Shown here: positions 18,401 through 28,104 of the stretch, piece by piece | Layout: the number at the start of each line of letters is the position of its first letter | How positions within the stretch are numbered: position 1 is the stretch's first letter | Origin: Candidatus Heimdallarchaeota archaeon B3_Heim | GTDB taxonomy: Archaea; Asgardarchaeota; Heimdallarchaeia; Hodarchaeales; Hodarchaeaceae | Direction of reading: 5' to 3' | Assembly: GCA_003144275.1 (NCBI GenBank) | Contig: NJBF01000006.1 | Location: forward strand, 1-32,000 | DNA: 32,000 bases | Notes under the pieces: model-generated | Told to the model about the DNA's origin: nothing | Seen by the model: only the letters and a program-made list of their open reading frames with translations | Database searches by the model: none | Program-made: the position numbers and the translations under genes

Positions 18401-20467
18401 ATGTTCAACGTTAAAGATGTATATAGTGAACATAATAATCCGATTATTACTAGCTACGAGGATAGTATTAGTCGAATCCTACAAATTGTTGAAGATATTC
18501 AAAATACAGCCAGTGTTTCAAAAAGGCCAATGCTTGAATTTCTCCATTCGATAGCAAAATTAGTCATTTCTATGTGTGATCTTGAGAAACAACTATCCCC
18601 TGAGTACTTTTATTCTAAATCACTTGAAAAACTCAATGAAGAGAATAATGGGTTTTATAAAGAGCTTTTTCCAGAAAATTATCAAATCTCTTATGCAAAC
18701 CCAACTTTTTGTGTCGAAATTTTTGGTGATCGTTATGGTCAACTACTCTCATATTTCTATTGCCTCTACAAAAACTATCTGAACTACATATTTTTCCATA
18801 AAATCTTTAAAATGGAAGAATACAATCAATTGTTCATTAGAGTATATGAACTTGTTGTACAATCGGAAGATGTTGACTATGATTCCTTAAAACAGTTAAT
18901 CACGAGTGTTCAAATCAAAGATAAATCTATTGAACAATATTATCGATATAAAGAAATGTATGATAAAGAGTTTGCCTTTTTTGCAAATATTGTTGAAAAT
19001 TCCGACTTAAGTGATTATAGATATCTATTTCGTGCTGGTAAATACATTAGTGAGAATGAGCTTCGAAGTGCTAAATTTTTATCCTCCTATTCCTCTGATA
19101 AATTGAATTCTTTAGCCAAAACCATTGTTAATGGTTATTTTCGAGGGTTTGAACGAGATAACAAACTCGAGCATCTTAAGAACAAATCAACAATAGGTCT
19201 CTATTATAAAATTGGATTAGAACGTTTATACAAAGAAATAATCACTGAATTTAGGAAAGAGGGATTAGAAACAGTTTTTCTGTCTGCTTATTCAACCAAA
19301 CCCAACAAACAATATGATAATGATCATAAATTTGATATTGCTCTCTATATTTCTGAAGAATTTAATGATATCGCATTATCTAGCTTGGAATCTGGGATGA
19401 AAGACAATCTTAAAGTTTTAAAACAATATTCTGGCATTCTTTACATAGAAAACTTTGGTGAGAAACTCTTTAGTCCAGAACGTAAAGAAGAAATTTTGAA
19501 ACTTAATGAGGATCAACAAAAATTGTATCAAGCATTTAACATGAAAATCTATCAACAATTAGATGAATACATTCCCCAATCTGAAACCTCCTTTTGTATC
19601 GTAGCTTTCCCAGTACCCGAAATTGGGAACGATTATGAAGCAATTTTCGAAGAAACCGTCAATTTGAATATGTTGGATTCTGAAAACTTTGAAAAGATTC
19701 AACAGATTATGATAGATGTTCTTGATCAAGCAGATTATGTTCATATTAAAGGCAAGGACAATAATAAAACTGATTTCAGGGTGAAAATACCTAATTTATT
19801 GGATCCTAGTAAGAATACGAATTTTATCAATTCAGGCGCTTCCGTTAATATACCTGCTGGTGAAGTATTCACTTCCCCCAGTCTTTCTGGTACAAATGGA
19901 ATCCTACATGTTGAAGAAACTTATCAAAACGGATTACGGTATGACAATTTAGAATTGAAGTTCGAGGACGGTTATGTAACTGATTTCTCCTGTTCGAACT
20001 TTGACTCTTTGGAAGATAATCGAAAATATATCGAAGAAAATTTATTCTTTCCCCATAAGACTTTACCTCTTGGAGAGTTTGCGATTGGTACCAATACTAT
20101 CGCCTATATGATGTCTAAAAAATTTGGTATAATGAATTTATTGCCCATCTTAATCTATGAGAAAACAGGGCCCCATTTTGCTCTAGGGGATACCTGTTTT
20201 TCTAGAGCGGAAGATTCTGTCAAATTTAATCAATTTACTCAGAAAAAATTCTGTGCGGTTGATAATGAAAAATCGATCCTGCGAAAAACTGATGTGAACG
20301 AAGCATACACAAATAAGCACCAAGACATTGTACTTGGTTTTGATTCAATTGACTACATTACCGCGGTTTTACAAAATGGCGATCACGTAGATATCATTAG
20401 AGATGGTCGTTTTACCCTGAAAGGTACTGAGGAGTTGAATATTCCTTTAGATCAGAAAAGTTCCTAA
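18401..20467 (+). CDS. M29-family (thermophilic metalloprotease-like) aminopeptidase, long form
   Basis: NIPAGEVFTSP, LGEFAIGTN, EKTGPHFALGD and HQDI metal-ligand motifs. Confidence 0.85.
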   Translation: MFNVKDVYSEHNNPIITSYEDSISRILQIVEDIQNTASVSKRPMLEFLHSIAKLVISMCDLEKQLSPEYFYSKSLEKLNEENNGFYKELFPENYQISYANPTFCVEIFGDRYGQLLSYFYCLYKNYLNYIFFHKIFKMEEYNQLFIRVYELVVQSEDVDYDSLKQLITSVQIKDKSIEQYYRYKEMYDKEFAFFANIVENSDLSDYRYLFRAGKYISENELRSAKFLSSYSSDKLNSLAKTIVNGYFRGFERDNKLEHLKNKSTIGLYYKIGLERLYKEIITEFRKEGLETVFLSAYSTKPNKQYDNDHKFDIALYISEEFNDIALSSLESGMKDNLKVLKQYSGILYIENFGEKLFSPERKEEILKLNEDQQKLYQAFNMKIYQQLDEYIPQSETSFCIVAFPVPEIGNDYEAIFEETVNLNMLDSENFEKIQQIMIDVLDQADYVHIKGKDNNKTDFRVKIPNLLDPSKNTNFINSGASVNIPAGEVFTSPSLSGTNGILHVEETYQNGLRYDNLELKFEDGYVTDFSCSNFDSLEDNRKYIEENLFFPHKTLPLGEFAIGTNTIAYMMSKKFGIMNLLPILIYEKTGPHFALGDTCFSRAEDSVKFNQFTQKKFCAVDNEKSILRKTDVNEAYTNKHQDIVLGFDSIDYITAVLQNGDHVDIIRDGRFTLKGTEELNIPLDQKSS

Positions 20468-20506
20468 AATTTTTAAGTCATACCTCAGTCGAAGATCCTG
20501 GAGTAG

Positions 20507-21754
20507 CTAGAGTTCATCCCAGTATGTTTTTCTCTCAGTATCTTGCATCAAAGCATTTCTACGATATTTAAATCCTGGATAACCAGTTGAAAGAGGATCT
20601 ATTTTCTCAATCAACCGTAAAGTACGTTTTATCTCCTCAGATGGTCGTTCTTCTGAACTTAATACTTCAACTACTTTAACATCTGATTCTAGCTCAAGAA
20701 GAAGGGCATATGAACTAATATAAGCTTTAATAAACGAATCTGCTATCATCAAAATAATTACAGCAAGTATACAAAGTATTAACAAGGACTTGTGGATGAT
20801 AGAGTTTTCTGATGTTGTGGAAAAGACGACAAGTCCGAATAATGCAAGATATAATGTGTATAAGGTGTTATGAATAATATAATAGAGATAATAGGTAAAA
20901 CGACTTTCCAATGAAAGCCAACATAATTCTCGAACGCAATAAATTAGGCTACTATCCCCTTCTGCTTGAAAATGAGCAATTTTCGAATAAGCGAGATATA
21001 CAGAATTTTCTACAGTTGTTCCTATCGCTAACTTCCCGAAATAGTTTGGAGGAAGAGCAGCCAGTCGAATTTTGACATCTTTAAATCCTAATTTTTTCCC
21101 CCAATTTTTTAATTCTTGTCTAATTTTTTCATCAGGAGTACGATCATCTAATGCCATAACTCTTTGATTATATTCATCAATGTGATTTAAATATGAATTT
21201 AATATTAGTAATACTCCTATAAATACCATAACTAAACCTAATATTTGTAAAATCCCAGTAATGGGTAGCTCATTTCCTTCATCTGCGTTACTACTAAAAA
21301 GTGAGAAAATCAATAGTAGGAAGAATATAGGAAATAGTGCAGATTGGACACGCAAACCGAATAGCTCAAGTAATCTTACCAGATCTTGAATCACCGAGCC
21401 CGTTACACGGAATTTTCTCATCCTTCGATATATTCTCTGTGTCGCTGCCACTCCAATAAGTAAGAATATACAGCTAATAATTACGACGAGAGACAAGATG
21501 AGATCTTGATCAGAAAATACTATTAATACTAAGGTTAAGCTTGTAAATATTATTGGAAGTATAATTAGGAGAATGAAAAGAACTATTTTCTCCTTCCCAA
21601 ATATCAAAAATGGGTCTAATTCTGGATCGTGAGCTTTCTTATGCATTCCTAAAGATATTTCGTATTCTCTCATTAATCTATGACCCTCATAGGTTTTAGA
21701 TAAATTTATATCAGAGTTAAAGCAAGAGATTAAAACAATATCTCCCTTTGACAA
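20507..21754 (-). CDS. Polytopic membrane protein with a degenerate M48 peptidase-like C-terminal half
   Basis: Several TM helices. CVRELC, LELESD and STGYPGFKYRRNAL sit where M48 proteases have AHELGH, E..AD and STHP....RI..L. The start may be a downstream ATG. Confidence 0.7.
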   Translation of the reverse strand: MSKGDIVLISCFNSDINLSKTYEGHRLMREYEISLGMHKKAHDPELDPFLIFGKEKIVLFILLIILPIIFTSLTLVLIVFSDQDLILSLVVIISCIFLLIGVAATQRIYRRMRKFRVTGSVIQDLVRLLELFGLRVQSALFPIFFLLLIFSLFSSNADEGNELPITGILQILGLVMVFIGVLLILNSYLNHIDEYNQRVMALDDRTPDEKIRQELKNWGKKLGFKDVKIRLAALPPNYFGKLAIGTTVENSVYLAYSKIAHFQAEGDSSLIYCVRELCWLSLESRFTYYLYYIIHNTLYTLYLALFGLVVFSTTSENSIIHKSLLILCILAVIILMIADSFIKAYISSYALLLELESDVKVVEVLSSEERPSEEIKRTLRLIEKIDPLSTGYPGFKYRRNALMQDTERKTYWDEL

Positions 21755-21862
21755 TTCTTAAAATGAATCAATATTATAGCTCTGACCCCTAACCGATCCA
21801 TATCCAATATATGTAGATTATTAAATTACTGAAAATCTACCTCACAGAGTGAAATGGATACT

Positions 21863-22933
21863 TCAAACAGAAACAATCCACTCATACGGATCTTCAATGG
21901 TACCATATTGAATGCCAATTAATTGATCATAGATTTCCCGTGTAATTTCCCCAATTTGAAAATCATTAATAATATGCTCCTTACCTTGATAACGCAGACA
22001 ACCTACTGGCGCAATACTTGCAGCTGTTCCCGCCCCAAAGCATTCTTGTAAAGATCCATTTTTTACACCCTCTACAATTTGATCCATTGAGAGAGCCTTT
22101 TCTTTGATGGAATATCCAAAATCTTTTGCCATCTGAATAACACTTTCACGAGTCAAACCAGGTAGAATCGTTCCACTATCTAATGGAGCGGTGTACAATG
22201 TTTCATTATAAACGAAAAAGATATTCATTGCTCCAACTTCTTCAACATATTTCTTATGAATAGCATCTAGCCACAAGACTTGACTGTAACCTTTTTCTAA
22301 AGCTTCTTGTCCAATAAGTAAACTCGCTGCATAATTTCCTCCAGTTTTAGCAAATCCTGTTCCACCTGGTGCTGCACGGATATATTGTTCACTTACCCAG
22401 ATTTTTATTGGTTTAAAACCTTCAGGAAAGTACGGGCCGACTGGTGAAAGGATAATATAAAATAAGTATTCACTGGAGGGAACCACTCCTAATCTTCCTT
22501 GTGTTCCTATCATGGTGGGGCGGATATAAAGAGCAGAGCCAACATTTTTTGGTGCCCAATCTCTTTCTAAATCCAGAAGTGTTTTAAGGGCATCTAAATA
22601 TATATCTGGAGCAATTTCTGGCATGGCCATTCGTTTAGCTGAATTATTGAAGCGTTTAATATTAAGGGCAGGCCTAAAGAGATTTAATTTTCCATTTTTT
22701 GTCTGATAGGCCTTTTGACCTTCAAAAATTGTTTGGCCATACTGAAGAGCTATGGCAGAAGGTTCTAAAGCAAGAGGACCGTATTTAGTAATTCTCGGAT
22801 TCTCCCACTTTCCATTACTAAAGTCAGTCTTAAACATACGATCAGTAAAATATTTTCCGAATTCCAAGGTTTTCTCAGATTCATATTTTTCCTTTAACTC
22901 ATTATCGGGAATTGTTCCTATACTAATCTCCAT
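21863..22933 (-). CDS. ilvE: Branched-chain amino acid aminotransferase
   Basis: LQYGQTIFEGQKAY, LYIRP, AKTGGNYAASL (PLP Lys), EEVGAMNIF, ILPGLTRES and GAGTAA motifs. Confidence 0.95.
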   Translation of the reverse strand: MEISIGTIPDNELKEKYESEKTLEFGKYFTDRMFKTDFSNGKWENPRITKYGPLALEPSAIALQYGQTIFEGQKAYQTKNGKLNLFRPALNIKRFNNSAKRMAMPEIAPDIYLDALKTLLDLERDWAPKNVGSALYIRPTMIGTQGRLGVVPSSEYLFYIILSPVGPYFPEGFKPIKIWVSEQYIRAAPGGTGFAKTGGNYAASLLIGQEALEKGYSQVLWLDAIHKKYVEEVGAMNIFFVYNETLYTAPLDSGTILPGLTRESVIQMAKDFGYSIKEKALSMDQIVEGVKNGSLQECFGAGTAASIAPVGCLRYQGKEHIINDFQIGEITREIYDQLIGIQYGTIEDPYEWIVSV

Positions 22934-23351
22934 TTATTCTGCCTTCTGAATTCTCTGAAAGATCTTCGAGGAAAATTGATATATAGATTATGTCAATCTA
23001 TTCGAATAATCTATTCATAAAAACCTGTTATTCGAAGCAAAAAATTGGATCATTCTTGAAGCAAAATTCACTCTCAAAAAAAATCATAATTACCCCTGTT
23101 ACAACTTAACTAAATCCTGTGTTTATTGTGAAGAAGGACTAAGAACTAAAAAAGAGAATGAATTTTTATCAAATATCAATTCTTGCCCTGTAAGAAAAAA
23201 GCAACTTATTGAGTGAACTCAAGGTTACCCAACAAGTTTCATAAAAATGAAAGAAAGAAGAAGGGGAGAGGGGCTAGAATGATAACTCATCTAGACTGGG
23301 GTTGACAACTATCTATTATTTTATGGGCAAATATGAGTAAAAATACCACGG

Positions 23352-23365
23352 AAAAGAAAAAAAAA
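23352..23365 (-). terminator. Possible archaeal oligo-T terminator after the substrate-binding protein gene
   Basis: Minus strand T9-C-T4 tract about 45 nt past the stop codon. Confidence 0.4.
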
Positions 23366-23407
23366 GAGGAACAGGTTTTTCCTCAATTCTACTGATGAAT
23401 TTTCAGC

Positions 23408-24961
23408 TCACTTACGCCATTTGCGACTGGTAATAATGACGAGGGCCGACAACAAGATACTTAGTATTCCTGGAAAAGGGCTAATACTTGGGGAAGGAGA
23501 AGTTGATGTATCTGAATCTTCTCCGGTAGTACTCGATGTATCTGAATCTTCTCCGGTAGTACTCGATGTATCTGAATCTTCTCCGGTAGTACTCGATGTA
23601 TCTGAATCTTCTCCGGTAGTACTTGACGTATCTGAATCTTCTCCATGAATACCCTTTTTTATATTTGTCACTACATTGTTGGCAATAGACCATTCTGACT
23701 CATCTTTCAAGTAGAATGCAGATGCATCATTTAGGATAGATGTTGCGGAGGTTGCTCCTGAAGGTATAGCATATTCACCAAATTTAACGTAGGTAGCATC
23801 TCTGAGTTGGACATAATCATACCGACCGGTAACTTCTCCAAGATCGTTAAACTTGATAGTTCCTGTTGCACCTTCATGTGTGACTGCATAAAGGGCAGTT
23901 AATAAGGCATCACCCTCAGTAGTTCCAGCAGCTGCCAATCCTTTGGCTGCAACATATACAGCATCATAAGCAAAGGGCGCATATGAATTGAAGGGAGTCC
24001 CAGTATCTTGACTATTCTTAGGTTTTTCTAGAAAGTTCCATACAGGATCGAACCAGGTAACATTGAAGTCAGCTAATCCTGTACCCTCTGCTGGCGCGGG
24101 ATTAGTACCGATTGAATAATTCATAGCTTCTTTGACTTGTACGTCCGTAATTGTCGCTTGAGTTGACCACCCATCAGTGGTTAACCAGACATAATCCAAC
24201 ATACTAAGCTCGTATGCTTTCTTCATAACAGTTTTTGCATCTGCATCAATAAAGTTCCCAAGAATAAACTCAGGATCTTCATCTTTAAGAGCCTGAACTT
24301 GTGCAGAAACATCAGTTGCACCACCATCGAATGATTGATCTGTAAGGATAACTCCAGCATAAGCTGATTTAAAGACATTAATTAAGCCTGCACCATAAGA
24401 ATCACTTGTATGAATTACGGCTCCTCTTGTCCATCCAAATGCTTTCACAAGCTCAGCCATAGCTAGACCTTGATCTGCATCCGAGGCAGCTACTCGCATG
24501 AAGTAAGGATATAACGTCCGATTGCTTAATATCGGTGAAGACGACGCATAGGAGATTTGAACAACTTTATTCGGAGTTAGTGTACTGGCAATTGCGGCAC
24601 TTACACTACTTCCAGAAGATCCAATAACCATATCCGCACCCCAGGCTAGAAGTGTTTCTGCAGCGGCAGTGCCTCCTGCAGCAGTGTTTAAGTCATCTTG
24701 CACATTAGGTACAAGTGTGACTCCTTCAGGTAGGATCCGGTCCATACCTGTTTGATTGTTGATTTCATAGATAGCGATCAGAAATGCATCTCGGCGATCT
24801 GGACCAGCATCGGGTCGTACCGTAATGGGAAACACACCTCCAATTTTAATCTCAGTTGGTAGAGCATGTGTTTTTTGGGGTGCTGCTCTAGCAGTAGTAG
24901 TCATTACTGAAAGAAACATTACTCCAATTAACAAAAGTGTTAGCTTTACACGGGTTTTCAT
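23408..24961 (-). CDS. Surface-anchored type I periplasmic-binding (Venus flytrap/ANF receptor/LivJ-like) substrate-binding protein
   Basis: Signal peptide; IKIGGVFP, VIGSSGSSVS, QISYASSSPILS, YPYFMRV and AYDAVY motifs; Ser/Thr/Asp linker; C-terminal PFPG + TM + RKWRK tail. Confidence 0.9.
   Translation of the reverse strand: MKTRVKLTLLLIGVMFLSVMTTTARAAPQKTHALPTEIKIGGVFPITVRPDAGPDRRDAFLIAIYEINNQTGMDRILPEGVTLVPNVQDDLNTAAGGTAAAETLLAWGADMVIGSSGSSVSAAIASTLTPNKVVQISYASSSPILSNRTLYPYFMRVAASDADQGLAMAELVKAFGWTRGAVIHTSDSYGAGLINVFKSAYAGVILTDQSFDGGATDVSAQVQALKDEDPEFILGNFIDADAKTVMKKAYELSMLDYVWLTTDGWSTQATITDVQVKEAMNYSIGTNPAPAEGTGLADFNVTWFDPVWNFLEKPKNSQDTGTPFNSYAPFAYDAVYVAAKGLAAAGTTEGDALLTALYAVTHEGATGTIKFNDLGEVTGRYDYVQLRDATYVKFGEYAIPSGATSATSILNDASAFYLKDESEWSIANNVVTNIKKGIHGEDSDTSSTTGEDSDTSSTTGEDSDTSSTTGEDSDTSSTTGEDSDTSTSPSPSISPFPGILSILLSALVIITSRKWRK
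23505..23644 (-). repeat. 30-bp coding tandem repeat, about 4.7 copies (GEDSDTSSTT stalk)
   Basis: Unit gatgtatctgaatcttctccggtagtactc repeated head-to-tail with no spacers. Confidence 0.95.
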
Positions 24962-25144
24962 ATTTTTACACCAATTAATTTCTTATATTGATCTCGGAAA
25001 TTAGTCCCCGCTTGAAGTATTTGTTCTCCAAAAAATATTGACAATCCAATGACAGTATTTCCGAGATAATTTTCTAACGAGCTCATAATGCTATTTAAAT
25101 TTATATATTGGGAAGTCATTAATCATTAAGATGGTTCTAAGCAC

Positions 25145-25384
25145 TTAAAAACAAAAGGAACTACTGTAAAGAATTACAATAGGTTTGATGTCAGTATTGG
25201 TAGGCTTTTTCACGCTAGTATTGTTAATTATTCCTACATCTCTCAGCTCTTGATGAATTCTGTCGTCACAAGTTCCACAGAGACGTTTAACGCTTGTGGA
25301 GAGGCAGTAAGACTTGCTAGTCAGCAGGCGCACGTCGGGGAAGCAGGAAGAACAACACCACTGCCGACTTGGGATATCTATTCC
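25145..25384 (-). pseudogene. Open frame with a B-box-like Cys/His motif, probably the 3' part of a frameshifted gene (5' part 25378-25659)
   Basis: CSSC-x12-C-x8-CGTCDDRIH. The frame is open from 25384 to the stop at 25145. One extra A at ~25386 would join it to the upstream ORF. Confidence 0.35.
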
Positions 25385-25622
25385 TTATTGTCCGATTTGG
25401 AAAAGCCTTTCAGAACGGGTATTGTAGTATGATTCAAGTAATTTATTTTGTCTACCTGATAATTTGCCAAATCATTAGCTAGAAATTCTTTACAACCTAC
25501 TAAATCCAACAACTCGCAACCTGATAAGTTAAAAACACGAGTAAGATCGATAGGTATCCTTTTTATGGGTCTGTATGAGAAAATCGGGTTAAAATGAATA
25601 TTAGTTTTTGAGGTAATGTATC

Positions 25623-26462
25623 TTAGATAGAAGTGACCTGTGGTGGCAAACGAATCCATTCATGATGCACGATACTCGTATGCCTAGTTCTCACATGATA
25701 GTCAGGAAGAGAGGGATTAAACTCTTCTATTTTCAGTATAACATAATTTTCTTTATGAAATCCAATGTTATTCAAAGCTAAATCTACAGGAATCCAAAAC
25801 AGAGTGGGAGAATATATTTCAGCCCAAGCATGAGCTTCTACAGACTTACCATGCTCAGTTACATAAAAACCTGTTAATCGGCGTGAAGGAATCCCTCTTA
25901 ATCTGGCAAGAGTGATAAACAAATCTGTAAATTCATCACAATCGCCAATTCCGTGGATTAAAGCTCGTTGTGCTCCGAGCCGTTCCTCTTGATTTTCACG
26001 GACTTTTATTGTATTTAATACACATAAACTTGCTTTTTTAACCCAATTCTGCATATTTTCTGTTAAAAACCATTTATTATTGACAATCTCATCCATTAAT
26101 GAACTCTGGACTGGCCAATATTGCGAGCTTTCGGTGTACTTTTGTCTTTCTTCCAAAGATATCTCAGAAATCTCCCCCCAATTATCTTGCAGAGAAATTC
26201 GTTGGCTCAATGGTTTTATTTGAACTACTCTGTCAAATGATATTGATCCACGTGAATGCACTTTTCTATTAAAGATAAAGAATGAATTGAGTTTCTTATG
26301 CTGTAGTTTGCAATCAGGTGGTGATTGGATAAGTGTTACTTCTTGACGATAAGAAGGATAATGATAAAACTTCACCCGAAAAGTCGGAGAACCAGTAGTA
26401 CGGTATTTTAATTGTTCTTGGTGATGAAATTGCCAAGTTGTTGCATTATCTAGGCCACTCAT
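25623..26462 (-). CDS. Transglutaminase-like (cysteine protease fold) protein
   Basis: GDCDEFTDLFITLARLRGIPSR, HAWAEIY and WIPVD motifs give a Cys-His-Asp triad. Confidence 0.88.
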   Translation of the reverse strand: MSGLDNATTWQFHHQEQLKYRTTGSPTFRVKFYHYPSYRQEVTLIQSPPDCKLQHKKLNSFFIFNRKVHSRGSISFDRVVQIKPLSQRISLQDNWGEISEISLEERQKYTESSQYWPVQSSLMDEIVNNKWFLTENMQNWVKKASLCVLNTIKVRENQEERLGAQRALIHGIGDCDEFTDLFITLARLRGIPSRRLTGFYVTEHGKSVEAHAWAEIYSPTLFWIPVDLALNNIGFHKENYVILKIEEFNPSLPDYHVRTRHTSIVHHEWIRLPPQVTSI

Positions 26463-26551
26463 AAAAGTAACATCAAAATTTTAGTGATTAAACATCGTAA
26501 AGTATATTGCTATAAACTTACAGGTCACAACCTGATTGATGGAGATAAAGG

Positions 26552-27034
26552 TTGAAAAGCATAGATCATCTTTTAGATTTACGAGGGACCTATATTCTTG
26601 CACTAGAAGTCTGTGAACAAATTTCATTACAGATAAAACGCTTGCAATGGAATATAAGTCCTAGAATCTATTTGTATTTTGGATCGGCAAAAGGAAGTAC
26701 TGCTACTTCCTTGGAAAATCGTCTTAGACGACATTTTAATTCGAATAAGAAAAAATTTTGGCACATCGATTATCTTACAACTCATAGCTCAGTTATACTC
26801 CATCGGGCATATGTTAATATTAATGAACAGAGCACTGAATGCCAAAACTTGACTATTTTCGCAAAAAATGTCGAATTCGAGATTGTTGTAAGATTTGGAA
26901 ATTCCGACTGTTCAGAAAAATGTGGTGGACACTTAGGATTTCTACCAGACAATAAAAATAATATTTCATGGCTCGATGACTACTTTAAATACTGGAAATG
27001 GAGTATAATTTCTGGATTCTTGGAAAAGGTGTGA
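26552..27034 (+). CDS. GIY-YIG nuclease family protein (archaeal DUF123 type)
   Basis: GTYIL, YLYFGSA, RLRRH and KKFWHIDYL motifs plus C-terminal Cys/His residues. Confidence 0.85.
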   Translation: MKSIDHLLDLRGTYILALEVCEQISLQIKRLQWNISPRIYLYFGSAKGSTATSLENRLRRHFNSNKKKFWHIDYLTTHSSVILHRAYVNINEQSTECQNLTIFAKNVEFEIVVRFGNSDCSEKCGGHLGFLPDNKNNISWLDDYFKYWKWSIISGFLEKV

Positions 27035-27247
27035 GAAAAGGAGAACCAAGAAAAGGTACAAGAATCAAGCTTAATTAGAGGAGATTTGAAGGACGAAAGA
27101 GAGGAATAACCGATTTATCTTCAAAAGCTTTTAACCGAATATAAATCATTATAAATCCCGAATCTACCAATTTATTGACGGATCCTTCTTAAGAAAAGTA
27201 AGTCTCTGCACACAAAATTAAACACCATTCACTGATGGGGTATTAAA

Positions 27248-28075
27248 TTGCCTTTGGGTTTCAGAAAAAAGAAAAAAAAGAAACAAGAATTACCCACACC
27301 TCCCGATTTATCTAAAACAGTGGATAAAAACTTCCAAAAGGTGTTGGGAGATTTGTATGCAAAGCCACCTAAAAAAAGTTCCCATCTTTCAAGGCCACCC
27401 CAACCACAGGAATCCAAAAAAACTTCCTTTTCATCCCCCCCAGAATTGCCTAGACCCAGAGAGTTTTCACCACCCCCATTCAATCAACCAAAATCATCTG
27501 AACTACCACCACCTCCATTTCAGGATAATAAGCCATCTTCTGGCAAATTACCACAATCTGAAGGTCCTCCCTCCCAAATTTTGGGAAATGAAGCCATCAC
27601 TGACGAAATTCAGAATGAATTGAGAAGTAGAAGTTTTGGGTCCAGTATCCTTGAAAAAACCCCCGCGGCCTCCACTGCTCCACGGAAATCAACAGATGAC
27701 CTTACGCGGATACATTTTCAGGAATCACGACGAGATTATATCGAAGCAGGAAATAAAAATCTAGAATTGAACTTTTTTGAATATGCGGCAACGAATTATG
27801 CCTGCGCGATCCTCTGTGATTTGATATCGAGTGGTGTGGACAAAGCTCGGCAAACCTTCACGCAATTAAGTACAGGAAAACCTTCGGGAGTTGTGGACAA
27901 TGTGATTTTTGAGAATACTCGACTTTTAGTGGAAGCAACCCGTACAAAGAATTTTACATTTTTAACTCGAGCAGAAAGGGCAATTAAAAGTAATCTCAGT
28001 CAACTATACCCTGAAGACGTGGCGATCATTGAAAGGGGTATTAAGAGTGCTAAAGCATTTTTCGGGTTGGATTAG
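27248..28075 (+). CDS. Hypothetical protein: basic N-terminus, Pro/Ser-rich linker, C-terminal helical (TPR/SNAP-like) domain
   Basis: 275-aa ORF with TTG start, KKKKKK, ELPPPPF-type motifs and a helical C-terminal ~125 aa. Confidence 0.75.
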   Translation: MPLGFRKKKKKKQELPTPPDLSKTVDKNFQKVLGDLYAKPPKKSSHLSRPPQPQESKKTSFSSPPELPRPREFSPPPFNQPKSSELPPPPFQDNKPSSGKLPQSEGPPSQILGNEAITDEIQNELRSRSFGSSILEKTPAASTAPRKSTDDLTRIHFQESRRDYIEAGNKNLELNFFEYAATNYACAILCDLISSGVDKARQTFTQLSTGKPSGVVDNVIFENTRLLVEATRTKNFTFLTRAERAIKSNLSQLYPEDVAIIERGIKSAKAFFGLD

Positions 28076-28104
28076 TCCTTTTTCCGAACTAGAATTATCC
28101 GAAA

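Noticed and set aside
23010-23216. Start-less open frame with WIILEAK and several Cys, considered as a PD-(D/E)xK nuclease remnant
   Set aside because: No start codon, only 68 codons, and one short motif is insufficient.
23505-23644. 30-bp repeats as a CRISPR array
   Set aside because: Head-to-tail with no spacers, in frame within a CDS, and no cas genes in the window.
25250-25380. GC-richer patch with three possible hairpins and CAGG...AGCAG, considered as SRP RNA, a C/D sRNA or a riboswitch
   Set aside because: The helix-8 stem and GNRA loop do not form, there is no properly placed D box, and coding potential on the minus strand explains the GC content equally well.
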